Shown here in pieces: positions 34,610 through 42,982 of a DNA stretch of 43,115 nucleotides. The DNA is taken from the IMG/VR virus record IMGVR_UViG_3300045988_183476. One strand, given 5' to 3'. Position 1 is the stretch's first letter; each line of letters begins with the position of its first letter. The DNA is from a virus. The notes below the pieces were generated by a model. It saw nothing but the letters and a program-made list of their open reading frames with translations, made no database searches and had not been told where the DNA came from. The position numbers were made by a program, and so were the translations under genes.

Positions 34610-35116
34610 ATGATGATAAATGAAACTAAACTTCAGATACCAGATGAGTATAAAGAAAAAATCCAAGTAATTTATAAAGATAAGGATGGATACTGGGCTT
34701 ATTTAGGATATGGATGGTGTTGGAAAGAGAAAGAACTACACCTTATCTATGCCTGTTCGGAACAAGATTTTATCGAAGAAATTAAACAGATAAAAGCTTG
34801 TGATTGCGATTTTTGTGAATGGCAAGATGTTCAAAGGAAAGCGGAAAGATTTAAAAGAGGTTATTCCTGTGGAATTCCAGTTCCAGAAGAACATATAAAA
34901 CAAGTCGAAATGATCGATAGAGATATGGACTATTATCTTATGCGTATGGAGGATGGCTGGTGTTGCGGAGTAGAAGGAGAACATATTGTTGAAGGGAAAA
35001 ATCAACAAGATATCATAAAAAGCATGAGCAACATTAAAGTGTGTCATTGCAGTAAGTGCAGGCATTGGCTAAGTCGTTGGGTTGATTTGAGCTGGAAAAT
35101 TGGAAAAGCAGATTAA
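34610..35116 (+). CDS. Cys-rich protein with an internal duplication (168 aa)
   Basis: CAGGAG RBS; two DGYW/DGWC...C.C..C modules. Confidence 0.75.
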   Translation: MMINETKLQIPDEYKEKIQVIYKDKDGYWAYLGYGWCWKEKELHLIYACSEQDFIEEIKQIKACDCDFCEWQDVQRKAERFKRGYSCGIPVPEEHIKQVEMIDRDMDYYLMRMEDGWCCGVEGEHIVEGKNQQDIIKSMSNIKVCHCSKCRHWLSRWVDLSWKIGKAD

Positions 35117-35132
35117 TAACTAGGAGGAAATC

Positions 35133-35480
35133 ATGATCAGATTAATCATTGCAGGTCCAAGAGATTATTATGACCGAGAAAATGTCTTCTGCCATATCCA
35201 TATGTTTCAAGGTAAATTTGGCATTGATGAGATCGTATCCGGTGGAGCATCTGGAGTTGATACATTGGCGGAAGAATATGCAAATCTATACCAAATTCCT
35301 TTTAAGCTGTTTCCTGCAGATTGGGAAAAATACGGGAAGGCAGCAGGGCCTATCCGAAACCAACAAATGGCTGAATACGGCAATGTTTTATTGGCATTTG
35401 ATCGCGGAACGAAAGGAACGAAAAATATGATTGAAACTGCTAGAAGAAATCATTTAAGAGGATTTGTTGTTTCTATCTAA
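35133..35480 (+). CDS. DUF2493 / SLOG-family protein
   Basis: AGGAGG RBS; IVSGGASGVDTLAEEYA...GPIRNQQM...GTKGTKNMIETA. Confidence 0.85.
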   Translation: MIRLIIAGPRDYYDRENVFCHIHMFQGKFGIDEIVSGGASGVDTLAEEYANLYQIPFKLFPADWEKYGKAAGPIRNQQMAEYGNVLLAFDRGTKGTKNMIETARRNHLRGFVVSI

Positions 35481-35486
35481 TAAAAA

Positions 35487-35511
35487 GGCTACTCACCGAG
35501 TAGTCTTTTTA
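35487..35511 (+). terminator. intrinsic terminator
   Basis: GGCTACTC/GAGTAGTC stem followed by TTTTT. Confidence 0.6.
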
Positions 35512-35530
35512 TATATAATCTAATTTAAAA

Positions 35531-35570
35531 ATCCAAGAGAATATTAAGATTTCTCTTGGATTTTGTTTTA
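35531..35570 (+). terminator. second tandem terminator
   Basis: ATCCAAGAGAA/TTCTCTTGGAT stem followed by TTTGTTTT. Confidence 0.65.
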
Positions 35571-35582
35571 TTATCTGAAAAA

Positions 35583-35645
35583 TCATACTATTTCTGAAAC
35601 AAATCATTGATGAGATAGGAGGTTAAAATTTAATCATTGTTTCAG
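35583..35645 (+). promoter_or_regulatory. leader module g (exemplar)
   Basis: -35-like TTGTTT, 17 nt, TACTAT; CTGAAACAA/TTGTTTCAG lower stem, TGAT/ATCA, loop GAGATAGGAGGTTAAAA. Confidence 0.6.
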
Positions 35646-35684
35646 GAACTTTTGCTATATAAAACCAGAGGAGGATATTACAGA

Positions 35685-35975
35685 ATGAGACCGTATCGAA
35701 CAAAAGAATATATGGACAATTTAGCTGGAAATAAATTTGTAAGTTCATGTGATGACTTGGCAATCTATACAGGACTTACAGTTCGCAAGATACTCCGTGA
35801 ACTTACAGAAAAAGAGTACGACAGGGAACTTGTTGACGAATCAGATAAGAATATGGATGGAAAATACCGATATGAGATTAATTGTATGTATGAGATTGAG
35901 CTGGAAAATGGCGAAATCATTAATGTATATGAAGATGAGATTAATCCGGATTACAAAGGGGATTACACTGAATAA
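35685..35975 (+). CDS. hypothetical protein (96 aa)
   Basis: GAGGAGGA RBS before the ATG at 35685; the longer ORF starts inside the hairpin. Confidence 0.75.
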   Translation: MRPYRTKEYMDNLAGNKFVSSCDDLAIYTGLTVRKILRELTEKEYDRELVDESDKNMDGKYRYEINCMYEIELENGEIINVYEDEINPDYKGDYTE

Positions 35976-36001
35976 TATCAAGCCAAAGAAAGGAAAATTT
36001 T

Positions 36002-37021
36002 ATGAAATTATTATTCGTAAAAGGAAAAAAAGGACTTGCAGCTAATCATAATGGAAAATTTTATTTTCCGGATCGAAATGGTTGTATAAAAGCAACGGGG
36101 CTTTATGATTGCAAAATTACAATAGACAAAGATAAATTTGCTTTTGTAGATGGAAAGTCTATAAAGACTCAGGCGGCTTCTATTGAAATAATCTGTAGTC
36201 TGTTAAATCTTGACATGTCATCGGTCGGACTCGAAAATAGAGAAACAATTAATGTTTTTAATGTTAATAATGTAGATGTACTTTTTGTCAAGAATAGTAT
36301 TGCAACACATTTAATGTATATTAATGATAAGGAACAGATTGAATCAATTACAAGTTTTTCAACCAATTCTAAGTCTTCGTATAATTTGAGACAACTTTAT
36401 TCTCCTGGAGAAAACATGAAGAGAATCATATCCAATATGGATATAAAAAACTATCTGGTTAAGAATGGCGCAGAAACACTTTCTGACTTAATGTTATTAA
36501 AGGCAGCAACTATCGTTAAAAGCAAGCAGGGAAAGTATCATCATATCATTGATATGTTCCTTGTTGACAGCAAATTTATAGTCGTTCACACAGAGTATTG
36601 GGATGTAAATTTGACAAGAATTTATGCCTATGATAAAAAACAGAATTCTCTGATAGATGTGGATGGAGAAATATTTGACGCAGTTGCTGATAAAAAGAAT
36701 TGTAAAAAAATTAGTGTTAAAGAAATTGATGAATTTTGCATAAAAAACCATATAGCTATGCATTATATGCGTGATGAGCAGGAAAATCCTGAATTAAAAC
36801 CGGTTTTCGAGAACAAAATTCGATTTATGAATACAAATATTGTCGTAAAATGTTTAGATGCCAATGCTTTATTTGTAGATATTAGAGAGGAGGATAAAGC
36901 AGTCATTACTAAATCCTTTGATGAATTAGAAGCGTATAAAAAGAAAATTGGTAAATGCATCTCTAAATCTATGCTCCAAGAATTTTCCAAATTTTCGCCA
37001 AAAAATATATTAGGACTTTAA
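36002..37021 (+). CDS. hypothetical protein (339 aa)
   Basis: AAAGGAAA RBS. Confidence 0.8.
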   Translation: MKLLFVKGKKGLAANHNGKFYFPDRNGCIKATGLYDCKITIDKDKFAFVDGKSIKTQAASIEIICSLLNLDMSSVGLENRETINVFNVNNVDVLFVKNSIATHLMYINDKEQIESITSFSTNSKSSYNLRQLYSPGENMKRIISNMDIKNYLVKNGAETLSDLMLLKAATIVKSKQGKYHHIIDMFLVDSKFIVVHTEYWDVNLTRIYAYDKKQNSLIDVDGEIFDAVADKKNCKKISVKEIDEFCIKNHIAMHYMRDEQENPELKPVFENKIRFMNTNIVVKCLDANALFVDIREEDKAVITKSFDELEAYKKKIGKCISKSMLQEFSKFSPKNILGL

Positions 37022-37069
37022 TATATACGTATTCCTATATTAATTCCTTGTAAGTCAGAAAAGGCTATT

Positions 37070-37357
37070 ATGGATACATTACGGGAACATATTAAACAGT
37101 TTACTGATAAATATATAAACTTCTTAAAGATAAATAATTTATATGAAGAAATTTATAAAGATTTTCGTACAGGAACTGTTACTAAAAAAGAAAAAATATT
37201 TCTAATTAATAAGAAAAATTTTTCGGACTATATGAATAAAATGTTCGAATACGCAGACGGAAAAAGCTGGATATTACAAGGAGGAGCATTTTCATTAGAA
37301 AAAATTAAAGACAATCTGTATTCAGAATGGTCTCGTTCCATTAGGACAAGCCATTAG
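37070..37357 (+). CDS. hypothetical protein (95 aa)
   Basis: weak RBS AAAGG. Confidence 0.6.
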   Translation: MDTLREHIKQFTDKYINFLKINNLYEEIYKDFRTGTVTKKEKIFLINKKNFSDYMNKMFEYADGKSWILQGGAFSLEKIKDNLYSEWSRSIRTSH

Positions 37358-37388
37358 TTAAAAATTTCATGAAACAATGATATATAAA

Positions 37389-37420
37389 CTGTCAGGTTTA
37401 AATACCTGGCAGTTTTCTTT
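37389..37420 (+). terminator. intrinsic terminator
   Basis: CTGTCAGGT/ACCTGGCAG stem followed by TTTTCTTTT. Confidence 0.7.
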
Positions 37421-37533
37421 TACAAAAATTTATTCTCATATCTTATACTGCCCTCTCTTTTTAGTTATTTGTATTTACATTCTATCATTATATTTATGTA
37501 ATCATTAATCTACAGATGAAAAGGAGGAATTAT

Positions 37534-37770
37534 ATGATGCAGATGGATTTAGACTTAAACACATTAATGCAGAAGGCTTATGAAATAAGGAGACAATTTC
37601 CTATTGGAAGCCGTGTACGACTAATCAGAATGGATGGGAAATATCTGCCTATCGGTTCAGAAGGAACTGTGACAGGAGTAGATGATATAGGCACTATCCA
37701 TGTTAGATGGGATTGTGGTTCATCTTTAGGTGTTGTGTATCCAGAAGATAAGTGCGAAATTATTTATTAG
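37534..37770 (+). CDS. DUF4314 domain protein
   Basis: AAAGGAGG RBS; RVRLIRMDGKYLPIGSEGTVTGVDDIGTIHVRWDCGSSLGVVYPEDK. Confidence 0.85.
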   Translation: MMQMDLDLNTLMQKAYEIRRQFPIGSRVRLIRMDGKYLPIGSEGTVTGVDDIGTIHVRWDCGSSLGVVYPEDKCEIIY

Positions 37771-37790
37771 AAATTAGGGAGGAATAGATT

Positions 37791-38246
37791 ATGAGTCAAT
37801 ATTATGCAGGATATTATGGAATTGGATGTGTTTTATCTGTCGAAGAATTCGAGAATTTTTTAACGTCTTATTTTACAAAACATCCAGATTTGACAGAAAA
37901 AGAACAAGAAGAGGTAAGAATAGAAGAGTATGCTTTTAAAAGAAGTAATGAAAATGGAATCTTTCATATAGTTGAGATCAGTACAGATTATGCAGATGGA
38001 ATGCAGCTGCTGCGTCTGAATAAAGAAGATGACCCAGCAGGTTATTGTGTAGATCTCCGAGGAAAAGACCAATATGTTGTTTTCTCAGATTATCAGCCAG
38101 ATACCTTGGAGTTCATCCGTCACCCAAAATATCATGATTATGAAGATATTTTAAAAGAATTTAAAGGGAAATTAGAAAGTTATCTTCCAGAAAAATTTCC
38201 GTGGGATGAGCGGATCGGCAACTACAGTTATGCTTATTATGCATAA
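37791..38246 (+). CDS. hypothetical protein (151 aa)
   Basis: GGGAGG RBS. Confidence 0.8.
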   Translation: MSQYYAGYYGIGCVLSVEEFENFLTSYFTKHPDLTEKEQEEVRIEEYAFKRSNENGIFHIVEISTDYADGMQLLRLNKEDDPAGYCVDLRGKDQYVVFSDYQPDTLEFIRHPKYHDYEDILKEFKGKLESYLPEKFPWDERIGNYSYAYYA

Positions 38247-38320
38247 TATTTCTAATTGTAATTACAAACTCTGCAAAATTATCCATAAAATAAAAAGCAA
38301 GAAAATATTAAGGAGAAATT

Positions 38321-38473
38321 ATGAAATATAAAAAAAACCTACAAGATATAAAAAGAAACCTATCTCAAAAAAGACTTTCCAGAGAATTGCAGCGGAATAT
38401 TGGGATTATTAATAAAAATTTAAGAAAATTAAATAGAGAGGAACGAACAACCCATAATGATAGTATTTCATAA
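38321..38473 (+). CDS. small basic protein (50 aa)
   Basis: AAGGAGA RBS; K/R-rich. Confidence 0.45.
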   Translation: MKYKKNLQDIKRNLSQKRLSRELQRNIGIINKNLRKLNREERTTHNDSIS

Positions 38474-38488
38474 TGAGGAGGAATATAA

Positions 38489-39184
38489 ATGGATATTGGT
38501 TGTATTTTGACCATAGGAGAAACTATTGAGGATAGACAGAAAGAAATTAATTTCTTGAATAAAAAATTAAAAGAATATTGTAATCAACTTAATGTTGATG
38601 ATGTCCGTTCTTTAAATTATTCAGAAATTAAAAAACTATATTTGGTTGCAGGAGATTATTTGTCAGATGATATAAAGAAAATATATGAAGAAAAGCGGCT
38701 AGAAGAACACCCGGAATTAAAAAAAGCAATATATTTTCCAGAACTAAACGACATTGATTTTTTGACGAAAGCAAAAATAAAAAAAATAGATACTTTATTG
38801 GGAAAGTCATGGAATAAAAAGGGTTTTTTTGTCATGAATGCTTTTTATAAGGCAGCAAATCTTTATGGAAAAGAACGTGAAAAATTTGATGATTTTGTTT
38901 GTAGAAAAGGAATATTTAAAAAAAATTATTCATTTTATTGCAAATGCGGAAGATGTAAAAGTCATTTTATATCTGAAACAGAGTATAACCGTATGAAAGA
39001 CTATTATGTATATGGATTAGGCAGTAAAGTAAAGACTCCGTATACGGATGACCATTATGTTGTTATTTTTTGTAAAAATGACCCTGACTGTACATATGAA
39101 ATTTGCGATAAAGAAAGCTTTGAAAACGCAAAATATGAAGTCGTATGCGAAACAAATAAGTGCCCGGAAGAAGTAGATTATTAA
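38489..39184 (+). CDS. hypothetical protein with a C-terminal Cys4-type cluster (231 aa)
   Basis: GAGGAGG RBS; YCKCGRCKSHF...FCKNDPDCTYEIC. Confidence 0.8.
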   Translation: MDIGCILTIGETIEDRQKEINFLNKKLKEYCNQLNVDDVRSLNYSEIKKLYLVAGDYLSDDIKKIYEEKRLEEHPELKKAIYFPELNDIDFLTKAKIKKIDTLLGKSWNKKGFFVMNAFYKAANLYGKEREKFDDFVCRKGIFKKNYSFYCKCGRCKSHFISETEYNRMKDYYVYGLGSKVKTPYTDDHYVVIFCKNDPDCTYEICDKESFENAKYEVVCETNKCPEEVDY

Positions 39185-39196
39185 GGAGAGAAAGAT

Positions 39197-39769
39197 ATGA
39201 ATGAAAAAGACGTAAAGAAATACATTTTTCGGTTACAGAAAAATGGAAGAGAAAAATTATTACATTGCATAATGATTTCAAGAAAAGATCCTATGAAAGC
39301 ATTACAAGAGGCTGAAAAAGAAGCGGTCAACAAGGGAATTATTTTAGAAAGCTACACAGATATCCCGGTAGAGATTTTAAAATCTTGTGGTATAGTCCCT
39401 ATGGATGATTCTTTTGAAGAGGTTGTAGTTGGAGATTATCCTAATGGGAACCTCTTTGAGAAATATGGATTTGCAGTTGCATGTTGCGAATATTGTAGGA
39501 ACTTTTGTGAAGGGATATGCACATACCACTGTGAAGAGGAAGCAGCAGACAATGTTTGTAATTATCTACAAAATGATAATATTGTAGAACTGTATTATGA
39601 TGGGGACGAAGAAAGAAATTTAATAGGTTCTTATTACATTGACTCTGATAAGATTAAAACTCCTTTGGATTTATTAGATGTATTTAACAAATCAGGACGA
39701 ACACCAGAAATGGTAACAGAGCTTTTAAACGATGCACTTACAGATTGTTCTCGTTTTACTTTCGATTAA
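39197..39769 (+). CDS. hypothetical Cys-rich acidic protein (190 aa)
   Basis: AAGGAGAG RBS; ACCEYCRNFCEGICTYHC. Confidence 0.8.
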   Translation: MNEKDVKKYIFRLQKNGREKLLHCIMISRKDPMKALQEAEKEAVNKGIILESYTDIPVEILKSCGIVPMDDSFEEVVVGDYPNGNLFEKYGFAVACCEYCRNFCEGICTYHCEEEAADNVCNYLQNDNIVELYYDGDEERNLIGSYYIDSDKIKTPLDLLDVFNKSGRTPEMVTELLNDALTDCSRFTFD

Positions 39770-39803
39770 ATAGGAGACTTTGTATATAATGAATTCTGCA
39801 TCT

Positions 39804-39833
39804 GGCCGGGGATTTACCCTGGCCTTTTTCTTT
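39804..39833 (+). terminator. intrinsic terminator
   Basis: GGCCGGGG/CCCTGGCC stem followed by TTTTTC. Confidence 0.7.
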
Positions 39834-39862
39834 AGGTTATGTCAGTGGTGGGCGGAGAAACG
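39830..39862 (+). repeat. R element type 2 fragment with an internal deletion
   Basis: CTTTAGGTTATG-TCAGTGGTGGGCGGAGAAACG matches 248-309 minus about 26 nt. Confidence 0.5.
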
Positions 39863-39893
39863 TTACCATGCTCCTCTGTTTTATCCCTAAAAT

Positions 39894-39967
39894 TTCATAC
39901 TATTCATGAAACAATTAATGCAGATGAGAAGGAGGGATAAATCATATATCATAATTGTTTTGTCATG
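39894..39967 (+). promoter_or_regulatory. leader module h
   Basis: TTCATACTAT then CATGAAACAATTA/TAATTGTTTTGTCATG, loop GAGAAGGAGGGATAAA. Confidence 0.5.
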
Positions 39968-39995
39968 AATCATAATGCAGAAAGGAGATAGGTTG

Positions 39996-40115
39996 ATGAT
40001 TATTTTGTTGTTTTGTTTAATTATTGCTTTTGTTTTAAATTGCTGGGGAGCATGTATTGTCAGTAGTAACGCTGATAAAAAAATGGAATCTTTATTTAGA
40101 GAAAAAGGAGAATAG
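39996..40115 (+). CDS. small hydrophobic peptide (39 aa)
   Basis: AAAGGAGA RBS; MIILLFCLIIAFVLNCWGACIV... Confidence 0.45.
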   Translation: MIILLFCLIIAFVLNCWGACIVSSNADKKMESLFREKGE

Positions 40116-40117
40116 CT

Positions 40118-40714
40118 ATGTTTCATTATACTAACGAAAAAGATATGAAAAACTTTTTGGATAAGAATGTTGTTTGTAAAACTAAGGAAGATAAAAAAAT
40201 GTTAGAACAGATAAAGCATTATCTGGACTGGCCGTTACAGCTTTATGCATTGCAGGAAGCAGAATTTTCATTACAAGATGAATTGAGAGGAAAATTCGAT
40301 AATCTCATCCTCACTATTCCTAAAGGGATTATTTCTTCTTTGGCGGATGAACTATATGAAAGAGATTTACTAAATAATGAGGAAAAATGTAAAAATTTTG
40401 TTGCAAAATTTTTAGATGAAACCTCATTAGAAGAAAACGATAGTCCATTTCATCCAGATAATATTTCATATGAGTGTGCTTATTCTGCTCATGATCCTTA
40501 TCCTACGTTTGATATTCAATTTATCAATGCAGATGGAAATGAGGATGAAACTGAATTTACGTGTGAATCTGGACAAAATATTGTTCACTCCTTAAGAGAA
40601 CTTCATGATTTTTATGAAGACTTTAGAAAAGATAATCCAGGAATTAAAAAGATTATACAGGTTATATATATGGGTACCGATTCTCATTACATGCCAAATA
40701 AAGGAGAAGAATAA
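40118..40714 (+). CDS. hypothetical acidic protein (198 aa)
   Basis: AAAGGAGA RBS. Confidence 0.8.
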   Translation: MFHYTNEKDMKNFLDKNVVCKTKEDKKMLEQIKHYLDWPLQLYALQEAEFSLQDELRGKFDNLILTIPKGIISSLADELYERDLLNNEEKCKNFVAKFLDETSLEENDSPFHPDNISYECAYSAHDPYPTFDIQFINADGNEDETEFTCESGQNIVHSLRELHDFYEDFRKDNPGIKKIIQVIYMGTDSHYMPNKGEE

Positions 40715-40783
40715 TGACTACCGTTCAACAAAATAATATAAGTATAGTTTTTAGATAATATAGAAAATTACGGAGGAAATAAT

Positions 40784-41215
40784 ATGTTAATTTATGGAGT
40801 ATGTGAAGAAAGTATTACTAAGTATAATGAAGATAAGGCAGAAAAATTCTTAAAAAATTTGTTAGATACTTCTTGTAAAGATATCGCAGAGAATTATTTT
40901 ATAAACAAAGAGGAAAACGGTTGTAATCTGCACGATTGGTTGGATAATTATGAATCTTGTAATGGATGTAATGGGTTGTTTGCTTGTTTATCAGAAATAA
41001 TCAGAAAGTTAGATGATATCGATATTTCTTGTGACAATCCTAATGGTCTTTGTTACTTAGGATTACAGGCAGACATGCCTTGGCATTATAACGAAAAAAC
41101 TAAAAACTTGACATTAAAAGAGTATCAAGATACTTTAACGAAATATCTTTACTATTTTACTGATGATGAAATCAAAATCCGATGGTGGAAAGTGGACGAT
41201 GAGTGTGATTATTAA
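40784..41215 (+). CDS. hypothetical acidic Cys-containing protein (143 aa)
   Basis: CGGAGG RBS. Confidence 0.8.
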   Translation: MLIYGVCEESITKYNEDKAEKFLKNLLDTSCKDIAENYFINKEENGCNLHDWLDNYESCNGCNGLFACLSEIIRKLDDIDISCDNPNGLCYLGLQADMPWHYNEKTKNLTLKEYQDTLTKYLYYFTDDEIKIRWWKVDDECDY

Positions 41216-41251
41216 AAACATCCGATTTATAACAAAAAAGGAGATTTTAAA

Positions 41252-41638
41252 ATGACATTATATGAATAGTTTGCTGAATATACCAGTGGTAATGATATCT
41301 TTGAAAATGATGATGACAAAGAATCAGTGCTTACAGTCGTTAATCTATATGCAGACCATCCTGAACTGGGGATTAAAACAATCAACCATTCATCAAATCG
41401 ACACTGTGATCTCTATAAAAAGTTTTATAATAAATACCCGCCCGGCGACGGAATCCGCCGGAGAAAGAAGGAAAATATGACAGCAGAAGAAAGAAACAAG
41501 TACATAGAGTTTATGTACGATTATAAAAATGAATATAATTGTGAAAATTGCCCGGAAAACAGAGACAATTTTCCACATGACAAATTACCTTGCGGACAAC
41601 AAAATTGCTGGGTAACCTGTCATTGCAAGGAGATGTAA
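41252..41638 (+). pseudogene. gene with an in-frame TAG at codon 6 (41267-41269); alternatively only the Cys-rich 54-aa part 41477..41638 is expressed
   Basis: AAAGGAG RBS + ATG 41252 is in frame with ORF 41327..41638; a second RBS-like GAAGGAAAA sits before the ATG at 41477. Confidence 0.45.
41435..41469 (+). repeat. GC-rich hairpin repeat copy 1
   Basis: CCGGCGA CGGAAT CCGCCGG then AGAAAGAA. Confidence 0.6.
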
Positions 41639-41645
41639 ATATTAT

Positions 41646-41679
41646 TACCGCCCGGCGGCGGAATCCGCCGGAGAAAGAA
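41646..41679 (+). repeat. GC-rich hairpin repeat copy 2
   Basis: CCGGCGG CGGAAT CCGCCGG perfect 7-bp stem then AGAAAGAA. Confidence 0.6.
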
Positions 41680-41747
41680 AGACGATAATGATGGAAAGAA
41701 TAGAAAAAGAGTACAGATAGGATTAAAAATACACAGGGAGAAAGATT

Positions 41748-42296
41748 ATGAGTAGTAATAAGATTTTACCAGAAGAAATTGTAAACATAATAGAAAATGA
41801 AGGTTTTTCTTGCAATGGAAAAATCTCCAAACAAAGCGGAGAATATTATGTAGAAATTTTTCAGGGAACTCCTCTCGGAGAGGACTGGAATGAAACAATT
41901 TGGTTTGACGGTTCTAAAGAAAGTTTTATTGAAGCAGTTAGAAATCGAGCAAATATTTTTGACGTAGATGAGGAAGTAGAAATCTGGATACCATGCCGCG
42001 GAGAAAACGGCTGTCCTAGCAGCATTGAAGCCTTGGTGGAAGATGCAAAGTGGAAGGAAGAACAAATTGAGAAGTTAGCAGATGCTTTGGAAGGGCTCAA
42101 TCGTTCAGTATCTACTGAGAAAAAAGCGATTTTGCGTATCGTTGTAAATTATGCAGGAACACAGTTTTTTACAAAAGAAGAGGACGGCTATTTTAAACAG
42201 CATGAATCGTTAGAAACTGCCAGAGACTACATCATCCATGAATATGGAGCAGATGTAGAAATCGAGACAGAAACTAATATAAGATTCACTTATTGA
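41748..42296 (+). CDS. hypothetical protein (182 aa), paralogous N-domain with 42311..42982
   Basis: GGGAGAAAG RBS; EGFSCNGK...YYVEI...WFDGSKESFIEAV...FDVDEE..IWIP. Confidence 0.8.
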   Translation: MSSNKILPEEIVNIIENEGFSCNGKISKQSGEYYVEIFQGTPLGEDWNETIWFDGSKESFIEAVRNRANIFDVDEEVEIWIPCRGENGCPSSIEALVEDAKWKEEQIEKLADALEGLNRSVSTEKKAILRIVVNYAGTQFFTKEEDGYFKQHESLETARDYIIHEYGADVEIETETNIRFTY

Positions 42297-42310
42297 TGAA
42301 AGGAGAAAAA

Positions 42311-42982
42311 ATGCATTTACAAAAAGATATTATGAATATTTTGGATAAAACTGGTTTCAATTGTGTTGAACCAACAAGTGAAAAAGGGAAATATAATATT
42401 TACATTAATAGCCGCACTCCATTCAACAGTGATTTTGGGTTTTATGTAGTATATGATGGCTCTTTCCAAAGTTTTAAAAAAGCTGTAAGTAAGATTTGTT
42501 ATGCTTTTGACATTGATAAAGATGCAGAGAAACGGATTCCGATAAGAGGATCTGCCAGCATTCAGACAGTTTTGGATGAATCTAAGTGGAAAAAAGAAAA
42601 ATTAGATGAGTTGTTAGCTGCATTTGAAACATATATAACGGAAGCAACTTTTACATTTACTGTATCAAAGTTAGCAGGGTATATTGTTGATTCAATATGT
42701 AAAAAGTATATTACAGAGTATGATTTTACGGTTTTAGATGATGTAGAACCTCAAATATCCAGTTGGTATGGCATAAAAAATATTAATACTGGGTTTAATA
42801 GTTCTTGTATTGAACTGTTTGCTGACTATTATGGTGGCGGTTGCGGAGTTTATAATCGAATTGATGAGGAAATGGACAGGGAAGAAAGAGTAGATATTAT
42901 AGAAAAGATGATATTGCAGGTTATGGAACAAGAAGTATGTGATAAAGACACAAAACTTCTAGTCCAGCTTTCATCAAAATAA
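42311..42982 (+). CDS. hypothetical protein (223 aa), paralog of 41748..42296 N-domain
   Basis: AAAGGAG RBS before the ATG at 42311; TGFNCVEP...YNIYI...VYDGSFQSFKKAV...FDIDKD..RIP; the stop lies in the first bases of the R element. Confidence 0.8.
   Translation: MHLQKDIMNILDKTGFNCVEPTSEKGKYNIYINSRTPFNSDFGFYVVYDGSFQSFKKAVSKICYAFDIDKDAEKRIPIRGSASIQTVLDESKWKKEKLDELLAAFETYITEATFTFTVSKLAGYIVDSICKKYITEYDFTVLDDVEPQISSWYGIKNINTGFNSSCIELFADYYGGGCGVYNRIDEEMDREERVDIIEKMILQVMEQEVCDKDTKLLVQLSSK

Noticed and set aside
35149-36045. Alternative-frame + strand ORFs (12929-13204 as an independent gene, 22227-22433, 23428-23688, 31436-31621, 35149-35430, 35749-36045, 41262-41480)
   Set aside because: They overlap recognisable genes in another frame, or consist of repeat or remnant sequence, and have no RBS.
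41267-41269. Genome-wide TAG stop-codon reassignment
   Set aside because: TAG terminates well-supported genes (477..1562 and 29157..29960), and other genes are intact in the standard code. The single in-frame TAG is treated as a local event.
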